Shown here piece by piece: positions 42,534 through 52,930 of a DNA stretch of 64,000 nucleotides; positions within the stretch are counted from its first letter, which is position 1, and every line of letters starts with the position of its first letter. Both the position numbers and the translations under genes were made by a program. Origin of the DNA: Candidatus Marinacidobacterales bacterium (lineage in GTDB: Bacteria; Acidobacteriota; Vicinamibacteria; Marinacidobacterales; SMYC01); NCBI GenBank assembly GCA_965237955.1, contig OZ250169.1, positions 288,001 to 352,000 on the forward strand, given 5' to 3'. The notes under the pieces were generated by a model. The model was not told the origin of the DNA. It worked only from the letters and a program-made list of their open reading frames with translations, and made no database searches.

Positions 42534-42655
42534 GGGTCCGGCCAAGAATAAATCAGTTGTGCCTTCTATTTATTCATCCGCGCGCACCGAACTTGATTAG
42601 TCTCCGGTCTGCCGGGACCATGCCGGCATGATTTCGTCCTTTGTTCGCGCTCTCT

Positions 42656-43768
42656 GGGGATGTCCCGGCCGCTGTTGAATTTGGTCGGGTAGCGGCGGCA
42701 CCTGTGAATACTCTTAGGCAGCAAACTCATCGCTGTCGAGAGATTTCTGTTTGCTTCTAAGCGCGTGAACGAGAGCGCCCATATGGCGATAGCCTTTGAT
42801 ACGCCGGAACTCTTTCTGCGCGGTGACGACGCCAAGAGCGGTCCATCGGCGAACCATGGAAGGACTCTTCCAACGCTTGACGTTTCTCGATACTCTGCGA
42901 ATGGTTCCGTTGAGATTCTCAATGGCGTTCGTCGTGGCAAGAGACTGGCGAAGTAAGGCGGGCAGCGCGAGCTTCACGACCGTGAGTGTCTCTTCCATCC
43001 CTTCACGAAGGCTTCCGGCAGCTTCGTCGTAGCCGTTTCGCTCGAGCCACGACACCAATGCCTGAAGTCGCTTGCGCGCCTTGTCGGCACTCTTGCACTT
43101 GTAGGCTTCCTTCATCGTCTGGAGCACGTAGGCGTGACGAGACTTGGGAAGGTACGAGCGAAGATTTCGGAGTTTATGGATCTGGCACCTTTGGATGACC
43201 GCGAGGTCCTCCAAAACGTCGACGAGTGCCTTGCGGATGCCTTTGCCTCCGTCCACTACGCAGAGAATCGACGCATCGACGCGCAAGCCTCGCTCGAGAA
43301 GGTCCTGCAACATCGCGGTGCACACCCGAGAGTTCTCCGTCGAGCCCAGCCATATACCCAGGGGCACCTTCGTTCCATCTATTGTGATACCGAGAGTTAC
43401 GACGACGGTCTGTCCGGCCACCTCAAGGCCATCCAGCATCAGTGCCGCAAGCTCGAACTCCTCTAGCCGCCGAGACAGGTATTCCTCGAGCTTCTTAGTC
43501 GTCTGGCTCACGAGGTGACGGCTGGCGGCACTCTTACTCGTGCCACGAGACTTCAACTTGGCCGCGGGTTTGTCCAGACTCGATTCGTAATTTCGGGTCG
43601 ATACCCCCACCAAGATCTGATTCAACACTCGCTCTGGAAGCGGGTCTTCTTCGCGGAAGGCTTCGAAGTGTGGAAGCGACGCCTCCTCGCCCGACTTCGA
43701 GCGAACTCGAGGTCGCGACACTTGGATGCGACGACCACCGAAGCTCAGCTCTCCGTTCGTGCTCCCCC
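42656..43768 (-). mobile_element. IS256-family element, 5'-truncated by a CGT-type end
   Basis: Right end GGGGATGTCCCGGCC; transposase closely similar to that in 48940-52110. Confidence 0.88.
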
Positions 43769-44163
43769 CGTCCTGTGCCAAAACTCGACCCTTTCGAAAT
43801 AGACCATAAATCAGCAGCTTAGTGTCTGTGTTTGCGACCGGGCCAATAAAAGGCCCACCGATGAGGCTCCTTCATCATTATTATAGTCGGCACCCTGGGC
43901 ATCAGCGGGGGAACTGTCCGGCCCAGCAGGCTTCTGGTCAGGCTCCATCGCGGTAGGGTCGAGGGCTGGCACGGTGCTCCGTAGGCGCGGCCTATCTGTT
44001 TCTCCCCGTTTCCTGTGGGAGTGCCCGTAAGGTCAAAATACTCATGCGGCTTCCCTATGGTAGAAACGTAGCAACCCGCCAAGCCGTTCACGGGAGCGCA
44101 CCATAGACACTAAGCTGCTGATTTATGGTCTATTTCAAAAGGGCCGAGTTTTGGCACAGGACG
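43769..44163. mobile_element. 395-bp non-autonomous unit bounded by two CGT-type ends
   Basis: Inverted CGTCCTGTGCCAAAACTC ends; interior holds a group II intron DVI piece and a transposase tail (RERLGGLLRFYHREAA). Confidence 0.7.
43953..44025 (-). ncRNA. Group II intron domain VI fragment (second copy)
   Basis: One mismatch versus 4746-4818. Confidence 0.7.
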
Positions 44164-44311
44164 GGATGCATGTTTGGACTCCGGGCGGTGCACTCATTGC
44201 CGCTCGTCGAGCTCGACTCTCCGCGATCCGTCTGGCAGTCGCCTATCGCCACGAGAATCAACGCCTCTATCGGAACGTAATCACCGGCCGCATCGGGCGA
44301 GGGGGGTCAAA

Positions 44312-44521
44312 ATGAAACCCGTCCCGAAACACTCGAAGTACGTTCAACGCGTCTCTGTTCGTCTAGTCCGCGAACCCGGCAACCCGCCACTCGTTGAGGC
44401 TCAACAGATCCGACAAACGGAAGACGCGTTCCGAATCTTCCACGCCCACTACCCCGAGGACCTCGCGCGGGAGCAATTCTCCGTGCTCGCCCTCAACCCA
44501 AACTCCCTTCGCGTTGGATGA
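44312..44521 (+). pseudogene. RadC/JAB-like N-terminal fragment
   Basis: RVSVRLVRE...IRQTEDAFRIF...REQFSVLALN then breaks; no HNHPSG motif. Confidence 0.6.
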
Positions 44522-44635
44522 AGCTGCATGAAGCACGTACAAATTTATGCGAGGGAGCCCGATCTGTCAACCCATCCCGATCGATGCTCTGAACTACTGG
44601 CCTTGAACAGCTTGTTTTCCGGTGAGGAAAAACTC

Positions 44636-44726
44636 AACGCATGGGCGCAAAGTCGCAAGGGCGCAAGGTGAGCGCCTTCGGCGCGGATTCTCGCTTTGCG
44701 TCTTTGCGACTTGGCGTCTTTGCGTT
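44636..44726. repeat. Imperfect palindrome of 9-nt CGCAAAG-type units downstream of the TolC-family gene
   Basis: AACGCATGGGCGCAAAGTCGCAAGGGCGCAAGG pairs with CTTTGCGTCTTTGCGACTTGGCGTCTTTGCGTT. Confidence 0.7.
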
Positions 44727-44772
44727 AAAAACAACAGCAGCGAGAAGAGAAACGCAGAGTCGGCGAACTCCT

Positions 44773-46344
44773 CTAGCGGACGGCGATGTTGGCACCGTCT
44801 AGAATCGTTCCTTTCGCTCTCTCGAACGCAGCGATGGCTTTCACGAAGTCGATCAGCGCTCTCAGCTCGTTCGCGGCCGCCTGCGACAGATCGCGCTGCG
44901 CTTGTACGATGAAAAAGCTCGTCGACATACCGACCTCGAACTTCTTCTGTTCCGCTTCGAGTCGGCGTTGTGCGAGCTCCCGTGCGACGCGGCTCGCGTC
45001 GATACGCTTCCGGTTGGTGGCGACCGCTCTCGCCGCTCGCCGAACTTCCTGCGCGATGAGAATCTCGTTCGAGCTGATGAGCGCTCGTTGCCGCCGCGCC
45101 GCCACTTGAGTCTGCGCGTGCTGTGCTTCGGCCTGCGAATTACCGAGCGGATAAGAAATATTGAGCCCGATCGACCAATCGCGGAATTCGCGGCCGAACA
45201 CTTGATCGATGGCGTCGCCGTAGCCGCCCGGAATGATCAAGCGGGGCTGGCCGGCGAAGTCGTCGCGGACGAGCTGGTTGCCGCCGACACCGCTAAACGC
45301 CAGCGAGCCGACGACGTCGAGTTGCGGCATCAGCTGATTCTTGGCGAAGCGAACGTCGTACGTACGCGTCTCGAGCTCGACCCGAGACTGCTCCAAGATC
45401 GGACGGCGCGACAACGCGATTCGTACCGCATCGTCGACATCGATCTCGATCTCCTCGATGGTGGGCTGATCGATGGGAGCGTAAGTGTTGCTCCAGAAAT
45501 CGGGGGAATCGGGATCGTTGATGAGCCGTTTGAGGATATCTTCAGTGACCCGGATCAATTCTTCGGCGAGGATGACGGTTTCGTTCCGGACGGCAACTTC
45601 CGCTTGCGCCTCGAGCACATCGATCGGCGCCATGGTGCCGATCTCCACTTGAATGCGGTTGTTGCGAAGTAGATCTTCCGCGAGCCCGAGCGAGCGACGC
45701 GCCACCTCGAGATCCCGGATCGCGAAGACGATATCCCAATAGGCGAACTCGACATCGCGAACCGTGTCCATGACCGAGAGCTCGAACCGATTGCGTGAGA
45801 TACGCTCTCCGTTTCGCGCCACGAGAATCTGCTGCTTGCTCGCGTCGGTGCCGAAATTCGCCATCAACGGTTGGGTAAACTGCGCGCTGGCGACGGCGTT
45901 GTACAGCGGGTTGAAACCGGTGAACGCGCTGTTGGTCGTCGAGCGAAGATTCAACCATTGGATGTTGTAGTTTCCACCCGTCGCGAGCTGCTGTTGCCAC
46001 GTGAAGTTGTAATTGGTCCGCGTGCGCGTCAATGTCTGCGCGCCGACGAGCTGGCTTTGCGCCGGTGAGGCGCTTTCGAGCGTATTGATCCCGAGCGAGA
46101 TAAACGGCTGGTAGACTCCGCGCGCGAACGAGACTCCTTCAGCCCGCACTTGAGTGTCGAGGCGGGACACAACGATGTCCAGGTTGTTCTCGAGCGCCAT
46201 CTCGATGGCCTGTTGAAGCGTGATCTGAACGGCGTTGGGATCGACGTTAGGAAGCTCGGCTGCGCTCTCGCTCTGTGCGCTCACCGCGGCGGACGCGCCG
46301 AGTAGATAGACAAATAGCACGATCAGAAGGCGATACAGTTTCAT
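44773..46344 (-). CDS. TolC-family outer membrane efflux protein
   Basis: Signal peptide; ITLQQAIEMALENNLDI; two OEP repeats; AEQKKFEVGMST. Confidence 0.9.
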   Translation of the reverse strand: MKLYRLLIVLFVYLLGASAAVSAQSESAAELPNVDPNAVQITLQQAIEMALENNLDIVVSRLDTQVRAEGVSFARGVYQPFISLGINTLESASPAQSQLVGAQTLTRTRTNYNFTWQQQLATGGNYNIQWLNLRSTTNSAFTGFNPLYNAVASAQFTQPLMANFGTDASKQQILVARNGERISRNRFELSVMDTVRDVEFAYWDIVFAIRDLEVARRSLGLAEDLLRNNRIQVEIGTMAPIDVLEAQAEVAVRNETVILAEELIRVTEDILKRLINDPDSPDFWSNTYAPIDQPTIEEIEIDVDDAVRIALSRRPILEQSRVELETRTYDVRFAKNQLMPQLDVVGSLAFSGVGGNQLVRDDFAGQPRLIIPGGYGDAIDQVFGREFRDWSIGLNISYPLGNSQAEAQHAQTQVAARRQRALISSNEILIAQEVRRAARAVATNRKRIDASRVARELAQRRLEAEQKKFEVGMSTSFFIVQAQRDLSQAAANELRALIDFVKAIAAFERAKGTILDGANIAVR

Positions 46345-47133
46345 GGTTTTCCTCGTGAAGCTCAGTACGAACAATACTGACAGGGCAATCTCCTCAAATA
46401 TCGTACGGACCTCGCTACGAAAATACGCGACGCCCGGCGATTAAGTTCCCTCGGGGGTGCATTTTAATACGCGCGTTGCCGTCTCGCAGCTGGATCGCGT
46501 CCTGTGCCAAAACTCGGCCCTTTTGAAATAGGCCACAAATCAGCAACTTAGTGTCTGTGTTTGCGACCGGGCCAAGGGCCGTGGGCTTTACAATCGTCTT
46601 GGGCGGGCGGGTCGTCACCATGCAGATGACCACCTAGTCGAGAGCGAATATCGAAGCGTGTTCCTGAAGCGGTTTCCACGCTACGCCGGTCGAGCCCGCC
46701 GAGGGGCTACCGTCGCCGGCGACCATCTACGCGGCACGGCAGTAGTAGTTGAGAATGCCCACAAGTCGCTCTCGCGACACGATGGGGCCAGCGTCATTCG
46801 CGCTTGCCGGCAGAGGTGTGAGGAGCTCGTTGCCGAGACCTTGGTGGTTCCGTTCTGTGTGATAGTGCACTACGTATTCGGTTACCGCTGTGCGCAGGTG
46901 TCGCTCACTGAGAGGTACGAAGCGGTCGAGACACTCTCGACGTATGGAGAGAACGAATCTTTCCGCATATGCGTTCAGATTCGGACTATTAGCGGGAAGG
47001 CGAAGGGGCTTCACGCCTGAATCTCTCAACAGCCCACGTACCGCCTCGGTGAATAGCGGGTCCCGGTCGTGGATGAGGTATCGCTTGCCAAGGAGGAAAC
47101 CATCCCACATGTCAGTGAGGTTTCTTGCCACCT

Positions 47134-48841
47134 CGGAACGTGTCAACAACTTTGAGACACCCGCGGACTGCATTTAGTGAGCCTCAATCAATGCAGTAAG
47201 ACTCGTGGGCCCGGGGCGGTCACCGTCTGCGTGCGGCGAGATCTGGTCGCGTTGGCCTGAATCCGGGGGTACCCCAGGTGTGGACCACCTCGAGAAAGTG
47301 GCTCCGGCGGCCTCCTGGCGCGTCGTTTTCTCCGGCGGCGGGTTGATCCAGGCCTGAGGAGGCAAAACGGGGGGCTGTGGCATTCCGCGAACGAAGCGTT
47401 CGGGATGAGCCCGATGAGCTTCGAGGAGGATTTGGCGCCGGGCAGTGGTGAGCTGTTCCGCGAGACCATCGTGAACGGCGGCCGGTGTCATGAGGCCGAT
47501 TCCCGAGTGCCGGCGTTCGTGATTGTAGTAGTCGAGGAAGCCGCCGCAGAACAGCCGGCCGTCTTCGATGGAACCAAAACGGCTCGGAAACTGAGGGCAA
47601 TACTTCAGAGTCTTGAACTGGGACTCGGAGTAGGGGTTATCGTTCGAGACGTAAGGTCTGGAGTGGGTCTTGGTAACGCCGAGGTCAGCCAGGAGCATAG
47701 CTACGGACTTGCTTCGCATCGAGCTGCCACGGTCGGCGTGGATGGTGAGCTGGTCTGGTTCGATGTTCTGTTTGCGGCAGCTCTCGCTGATGAGACGACG
47801 AGCGAGCTCAGCGCTTTCTCGTCGAGCCAACATCCACCCGGTCACGTAACGGGAGAAGATGTCCAGAATCACGTAGAGGTAGTAGTAGGTCCACTTGACG
47901 GGGCCACGCAGCTTGGTGATATCCCACGACCAAACCTGGTTCGGCGCTTCGGCCAGCAGCTCCGGCTTTTGATAATTCGGATGTCGCAGCTGGTTCCGGC
48001 GCTCTCGGACCTCTCCGTTCTCCGCCAGAATCCGATACATCGTGCGGATCGAGCAGTAGTAGATTCCCTCGTCCAGGAGCGTGGCCCACACCTGAGCGGG
48101 CGCCTTGTCGACGAACCGCTCGGAGTGCAAGGCACCGAGAACCAGCTCACGTTCGGTCACATCGAGGGCTCGGTGCGACCGGCGTTTCGCATTGGACGTC
48201 ACCGTCTGGCGCCTGCGATACAACGTGGAGCGAGCTATTCCAAGGGCCTCGCAGGCTTCCGCCGTCTGTCCAATTCGTCCCGCCAGCTCCTCGGCCGCCA
48301 CCATCAATCGTTCTCGTCGCTGTCTGGTGGATTCAGGGGGATCCCCAGAAGTTCGGAGGTTTTTTTTTGGATCTCTAGCATCGTCTCCACCCGAGCCAGG
48401 CGATGCTTCAATCGCGCGTTCTCGCGCTCGAGCTCCTTGACCCGTGGATCCTCTGCCTTCGCCTTCCGTCCTCGCTTCCTCGATGTCAACCCCGCCTTGG
48501 CAATCTTGTCACGTTGGCGACGCCAACTCGAAAGATGCGACGAGTACAGTCCCTCTCGACGCAGAAGAGCCGCAACATCCCCGTCACCCTTGCAAGCATC
48601 GGCCTCGCGCACTATCCGCAGCTTGTACTCTGCGGTAAAGCGTCGACGCTTCGCTTGCTCACTCACTTCGGGATCCGGGACCCCTGCCGCATCGCGGCCG
48701 GCGCGATCTGCAGTCGCCCTACGGGCTCCTTCCGATCCCGCCGGGGTCATTCTCTCAATCAACGTAGTCATTCATGATCCTCCTCCGCCCTCTACACTAA
48801 TTTCAAGGGGCGAAGTGTCTCAAGGAGGTTGGCACAGAGGG
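47134..48841 (-). mobile_element. IS3-like element copy 1 (orfA 48304-48771, orfB 47174-48307)
   Basis: 1708 bp; 3-bp duplication CCT; WSWDITKL, HADRG, DNPYSES; A9 slippery site. Confidence 0.92.
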
Positions 48842-48939
48842 CCTGCTTCATCCACTCCCCGTTGGGGTCCGACGTTATCCCACCGATGCACACGCAGCGA
48901 GTGGCGATATCGATGACAAACAGGACATGGTAGCGGACG

Positions 48940-51900
48940 GGAGATGTCCCGGCCGCTGTTGAATTTGGTCGGGTAGCGGCGGCACCTGTGAATACTCTTA
49001 GGCAGCAACCTCATCGCTGTCAAGAGATTTCTGTTTGCTTCTAAGCGCGTGAACGAGAGCGCCCATATGGCGATAGCCTTTGATACGGTGAAACTTTTTC
49101 TCCGCCGTGACGACGCCGAGAGCGGTCCATCGGCGAATCATGGAAGGACTCTTCCACCGCTTGACGTTTCTCGAGACTCTGCGGATGGTGCCGTTGAGAT
49201 TCTCGATGGCGTTTGTCGTGGCCAGAGATTTGCGAAGTAACTCGGGTAGAGCGAGCTTCACAACTGTGAGGGTCTCTTCCATCCCTTCGCGAAGGCTTCC
49301 GGCAGCTTCGTCGTAGCCGTTTCGCTCGAGCCACGACACCAATGCCTGAAGTCGCTTGCGCGCCTTGTCGGCACTCTTGCATTTGTACGCTTCCTTCATT
49401 GTCTGGAGCACGTAGGCGTGACGGGACTTGGGAAGGTACGAGCGTAGATTTCGTAGTTTGTGGAGCTGGCATCTTTGGATAACCGCGAGATCCCCCAAAA
49501 CGTCGACGAGTGCTTTGCGGATCCCTTTGCCTCCGTCCACTACGCAGAGAATCGATTCGTCGATCGGAACGTGTCAACAACTTTGAGACACCCGCGGACT
49601 GCATTTAGTGAGCCTCAATCAATGCAGTAAGACTCGTGGGCCCGGGGCGGTCACCGTCTGCGTGCGGCGAGATCTGGTCGCGTTGGCCTGAATCCGGGGG
49701 TACCCCAGGTGTGGACCACCTCGAGAAAGTGGCTCCGGCGGCCTCCTGGCGCGTCGTTTTCTCCGGCGGCGGGTTGATCCAGGCCTGAGGAGGCAAAACG
49801 GGGGGCTGTGGCATTCCGCGAACGAAGCGTTCGGGATGAGCCCGATGAGCTTCGAGGAGGATTTGGCGCCGGGCAGTGGTGAGCTGTTCCGCGAGACCAT
49901 CGTGAACGGCGGCCGGTGTCATGAGGCCGATTCCCGAGTGCCGGCGTTCGTGATTGTAGTAGTCGAGGAAGCCGCCGCAGAACAGCCGGCCGTCTTCGAT
50001 GGAACCAAAACGGCTCGGAAACTGAGGGCAATACTTCAGAGTCTTGAACTGGGACTCGGAGTAGGGGTTATCGTTCGAGACGTAAGGTCTGGAGTGGGTC
50101 TTGGTAACGCCGAGGTCAGCCAGGAGCATAGCTACGGACTTGCTTCGCATCGAGCTGCCACGGTCGGCGTGGATGGTGAGCTGGTCTGGTTCGATGTTCT
50201 GTTTGCGGCAGCTCTCGCTGATGAGACGACGAGCGAGCTCAGCGCTTTCTCGTCGAGCCAACATCCACCCGGTCACGTAACGGGAGAAGATGTCCAGAAT
50301 CACGTAGAGGTAGTAGTAGGTCCACTTGACGGGGCCACGCAGCTTGGTGATATCCCACGACCAAACCTGGTTCGGCGCTTCGGCCAGCAGCTCCGGCTTT
50401 TGATAATTCGGATGTCGCAGCTGGTTCCGGCGCTCTCGGACCTCTCCGTTCTCCGCCAGAATCCGATACATCGTGCGGATCGAGCAGTAGTAGATTCCCT
50501 CGTCCAGGAGCGTGGCCCACACCTGAGCGGGCGCCTTGTCGACGAACCGCTCGGAGTGCAAGGCACCGAGAACCAGCTCACGTTCGGTCACATCGAGGGC
50601 TCGGTGCGACCGGCGTTTCGCATTGGACGTCACCGTCTGGCGCCTGCGATACAACGTGGAGCGAGCTATTCCAAGGGCCTCGCAGGCTTCCGCCGTCTGT
50701 CCAATTCGTCCCGCCAGCTCCTCGGCCGCCACCATCAATCGTTCTCGTCGCTGTCTGGTGGATTCAGGGGGATCCCCAGAAGTTCGGAGGTTTTTTTTTG
50801 GATCTCTAGCATCGTCTCCACCCGAGCCAGGCGATGCTTCAATCGCGCGTTCTCGCGCTCGAGCTCCTTGACCCGTGGATCCTCTGCCTTCGCCTTCCGT
50901 CCTCGCTTCCTCGATGTCAACCCCGCCTTGGCAATCTTGTCACGTTGGCGACGCCAACTCGAAAGATGCGACGAGTACAGTCCCTCTCGACGCAGAAGAG
51001 CCGCAACATCCCCGTCACCCTTGCAAGCATCGGCCTCGCGCACTATCCGCAGCTTGTACTCTGCGGTAAAGCGTCGACGCTTCGCTTGCTCACTCACTTC
51101 GGGATCCGGGACCCCTGCCGCATCGCGGCCGGCGCGATCTGCAGTCGCCCTACGGGCTCCTTCCGATCCCGCCGGGGTCATTCTCTCAATCAACGTAGTC
51201 ATTCATGATCCTCCTCCGCCCTCTACACTAATTTCAAGGGGCAAAGTGTCTCAAGGAGGTTGGCACAGAGGGGATCCGCAATCCCCGCTCGAGAAGGTTC
51301 TGCAACATCGCGGTGCACACCCGAGAGTTTTCCGTCGAGCCCAGCCATATACCCAAGGGCACCTTCGTTCCATCTATTGTGATACCGAGAGTTACGACGA
51401 CGGTCTGTCCGGCCACCTCAAGGCCATCCATCATTAGTGCCGCAAGCTCGAACTCCTCTAGCCTCCGAGATAGGTATTCCTCGAGCTTCTTAGTCGTCTG
51501 GCTCACGAGGTGACGGCTGGCGGCACTCTTGCTCGTGCCACGAGACTTCAACTTCGCCGAGGGTTTGTCCAGACTCGATTCGTAATTTCGGGTCGATACC
51601 CCCACCAAGATCTGGTTCAGCACTCGCTCTGGAAGCGGGTCTTCTTCGCGGAAGGCTTCGAAGTGTGGAAGCGACGTCTCCTCGCCCGACTTCGAGCGAA
51701 CTCGAGGTCGCGACACTTGGATGCGACGACCGCCGAAGCTCAGCTCCCCATCCGTGCTCCCCCAGTGGTTATGAGTTCGCTCCTTCTCGTGCTTGCCCTT
51801 CGGCCCCGCGATCTTCTCCGCGTCCTCTCTCAGGAGTAGGTGCAATGCGGTCAGTCCTTGCTCGTACACCCATTCCGTCAGGTCCGCCTTCGTGGCCGCG

Positions 51901-52110
51901 ATCCCAGCTATCATCGGTAGCAGTATCTGACCGACTTGGCCAACTACCTTGCCCGTAGGCGAGTGCGTTTGCTTTCTTACTGGCTTCTTTGATTTCCTTG
52001 GCATGGTGGCTCCTTGTCCCCCTCTGGAGACGGTTGGTTTGGCAGACCTATTCTTAGGCCGGCCAAGGAGCCGCCGCTACCCCAAATTCAACATCCGGCG
52101 GGACATCCCC
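48940..52110 (-). mobile_element. IS256-family element (transposase 52004->48998) interrupted by IS3-like copy 2
   Basis: 29-bp IR with 4 mismatches; 8-bp duplication AGCGGACG. Confidence 0.92.
49565..51272 (-). mobile_element. IS3-like element copy 2 (orfA 50735-51202, orfB 49605-50738)
   Basis: 1708 bp, nearly identical to copy 1; 3-bp duplication GAT. Confidence 0.92.
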
Positions 52111-52930
52111 AGCGGACGAGCCCGAACGGGTTCACAACCTCGACGGTGAACAGGTCTGTCGCAGCGATGGCGCCCCAATGAGCCTTGATGAAGGTGCTCC
52201 ACGACATGCTCCTGCCCCGCTCCGGCGCAGGAGCGATACCGTGCTCGGCGAGGATCCTCTTGATAGTGTTGCGTCCGAGTTCATGTCCTAGGTTCTTGAG
52301 TGCGCCTCGCAGGCGCGTATATCCCCACGTCGGGTTCTCCCGCGCCACGCGCACAATGAGCTCACGGATGTCCTTCGCCGTCGGAGGTCGGCCTGGACTC
52401 CGGTTCTTGCTGCCATCGTACTTGGCTGCGATGAGGTGGCGGTACCAGCGCAGAAGCGTAGCGGGTGTGGCAACGGACGCAATCTGGGCCAGCACCTCGC
52501 GGCCCAAAGCCTGGGCCTTGACGGCGAGCCTACGCCGGTCGTCGTCAGAGAGCTTGAGACGCTTGCCCCGAAGCCCGGCTCGGAGTACACGGTTCTCCTC
52601 TCGCAAGTAGTCAATCACATCCTGCTGCTGGCGGTTGACCCAGCCAGCCAGAACGAGCAGTAAGAATTGCACATGGTACGTCATGATGGATCCGAAGATA
52701 ACACCCTCGGGACAAACGATTGTAAAGCCGACGGCCCTTGACCCGGTCGCAAACACAGACTCTAAGTCGCTGATTTATGGGCTATTTCAAAAGGGCCGAG
52801 TTTTGGCACAGGACGGGGTTTGAGATCGGGAAACCATACATCGTTTCTCTTTGACAGGAATCTTAAGACATCACCGTAAGAAGCTCGCACATCATGATAA
52901 CCGTACGAACGACGAGACTTCTCCGCTACG

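Larger units (their letters stand above)
46498..52815 (-). mobile_element. Second CGT-ended IS481-like element (1428 bp net) with nested IS3-like and IS256 insertions
   Basis: IRs at both ends; transposase pieces 52687->52111, 48939->48845, 47133->46727. Confidence 0.9.
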
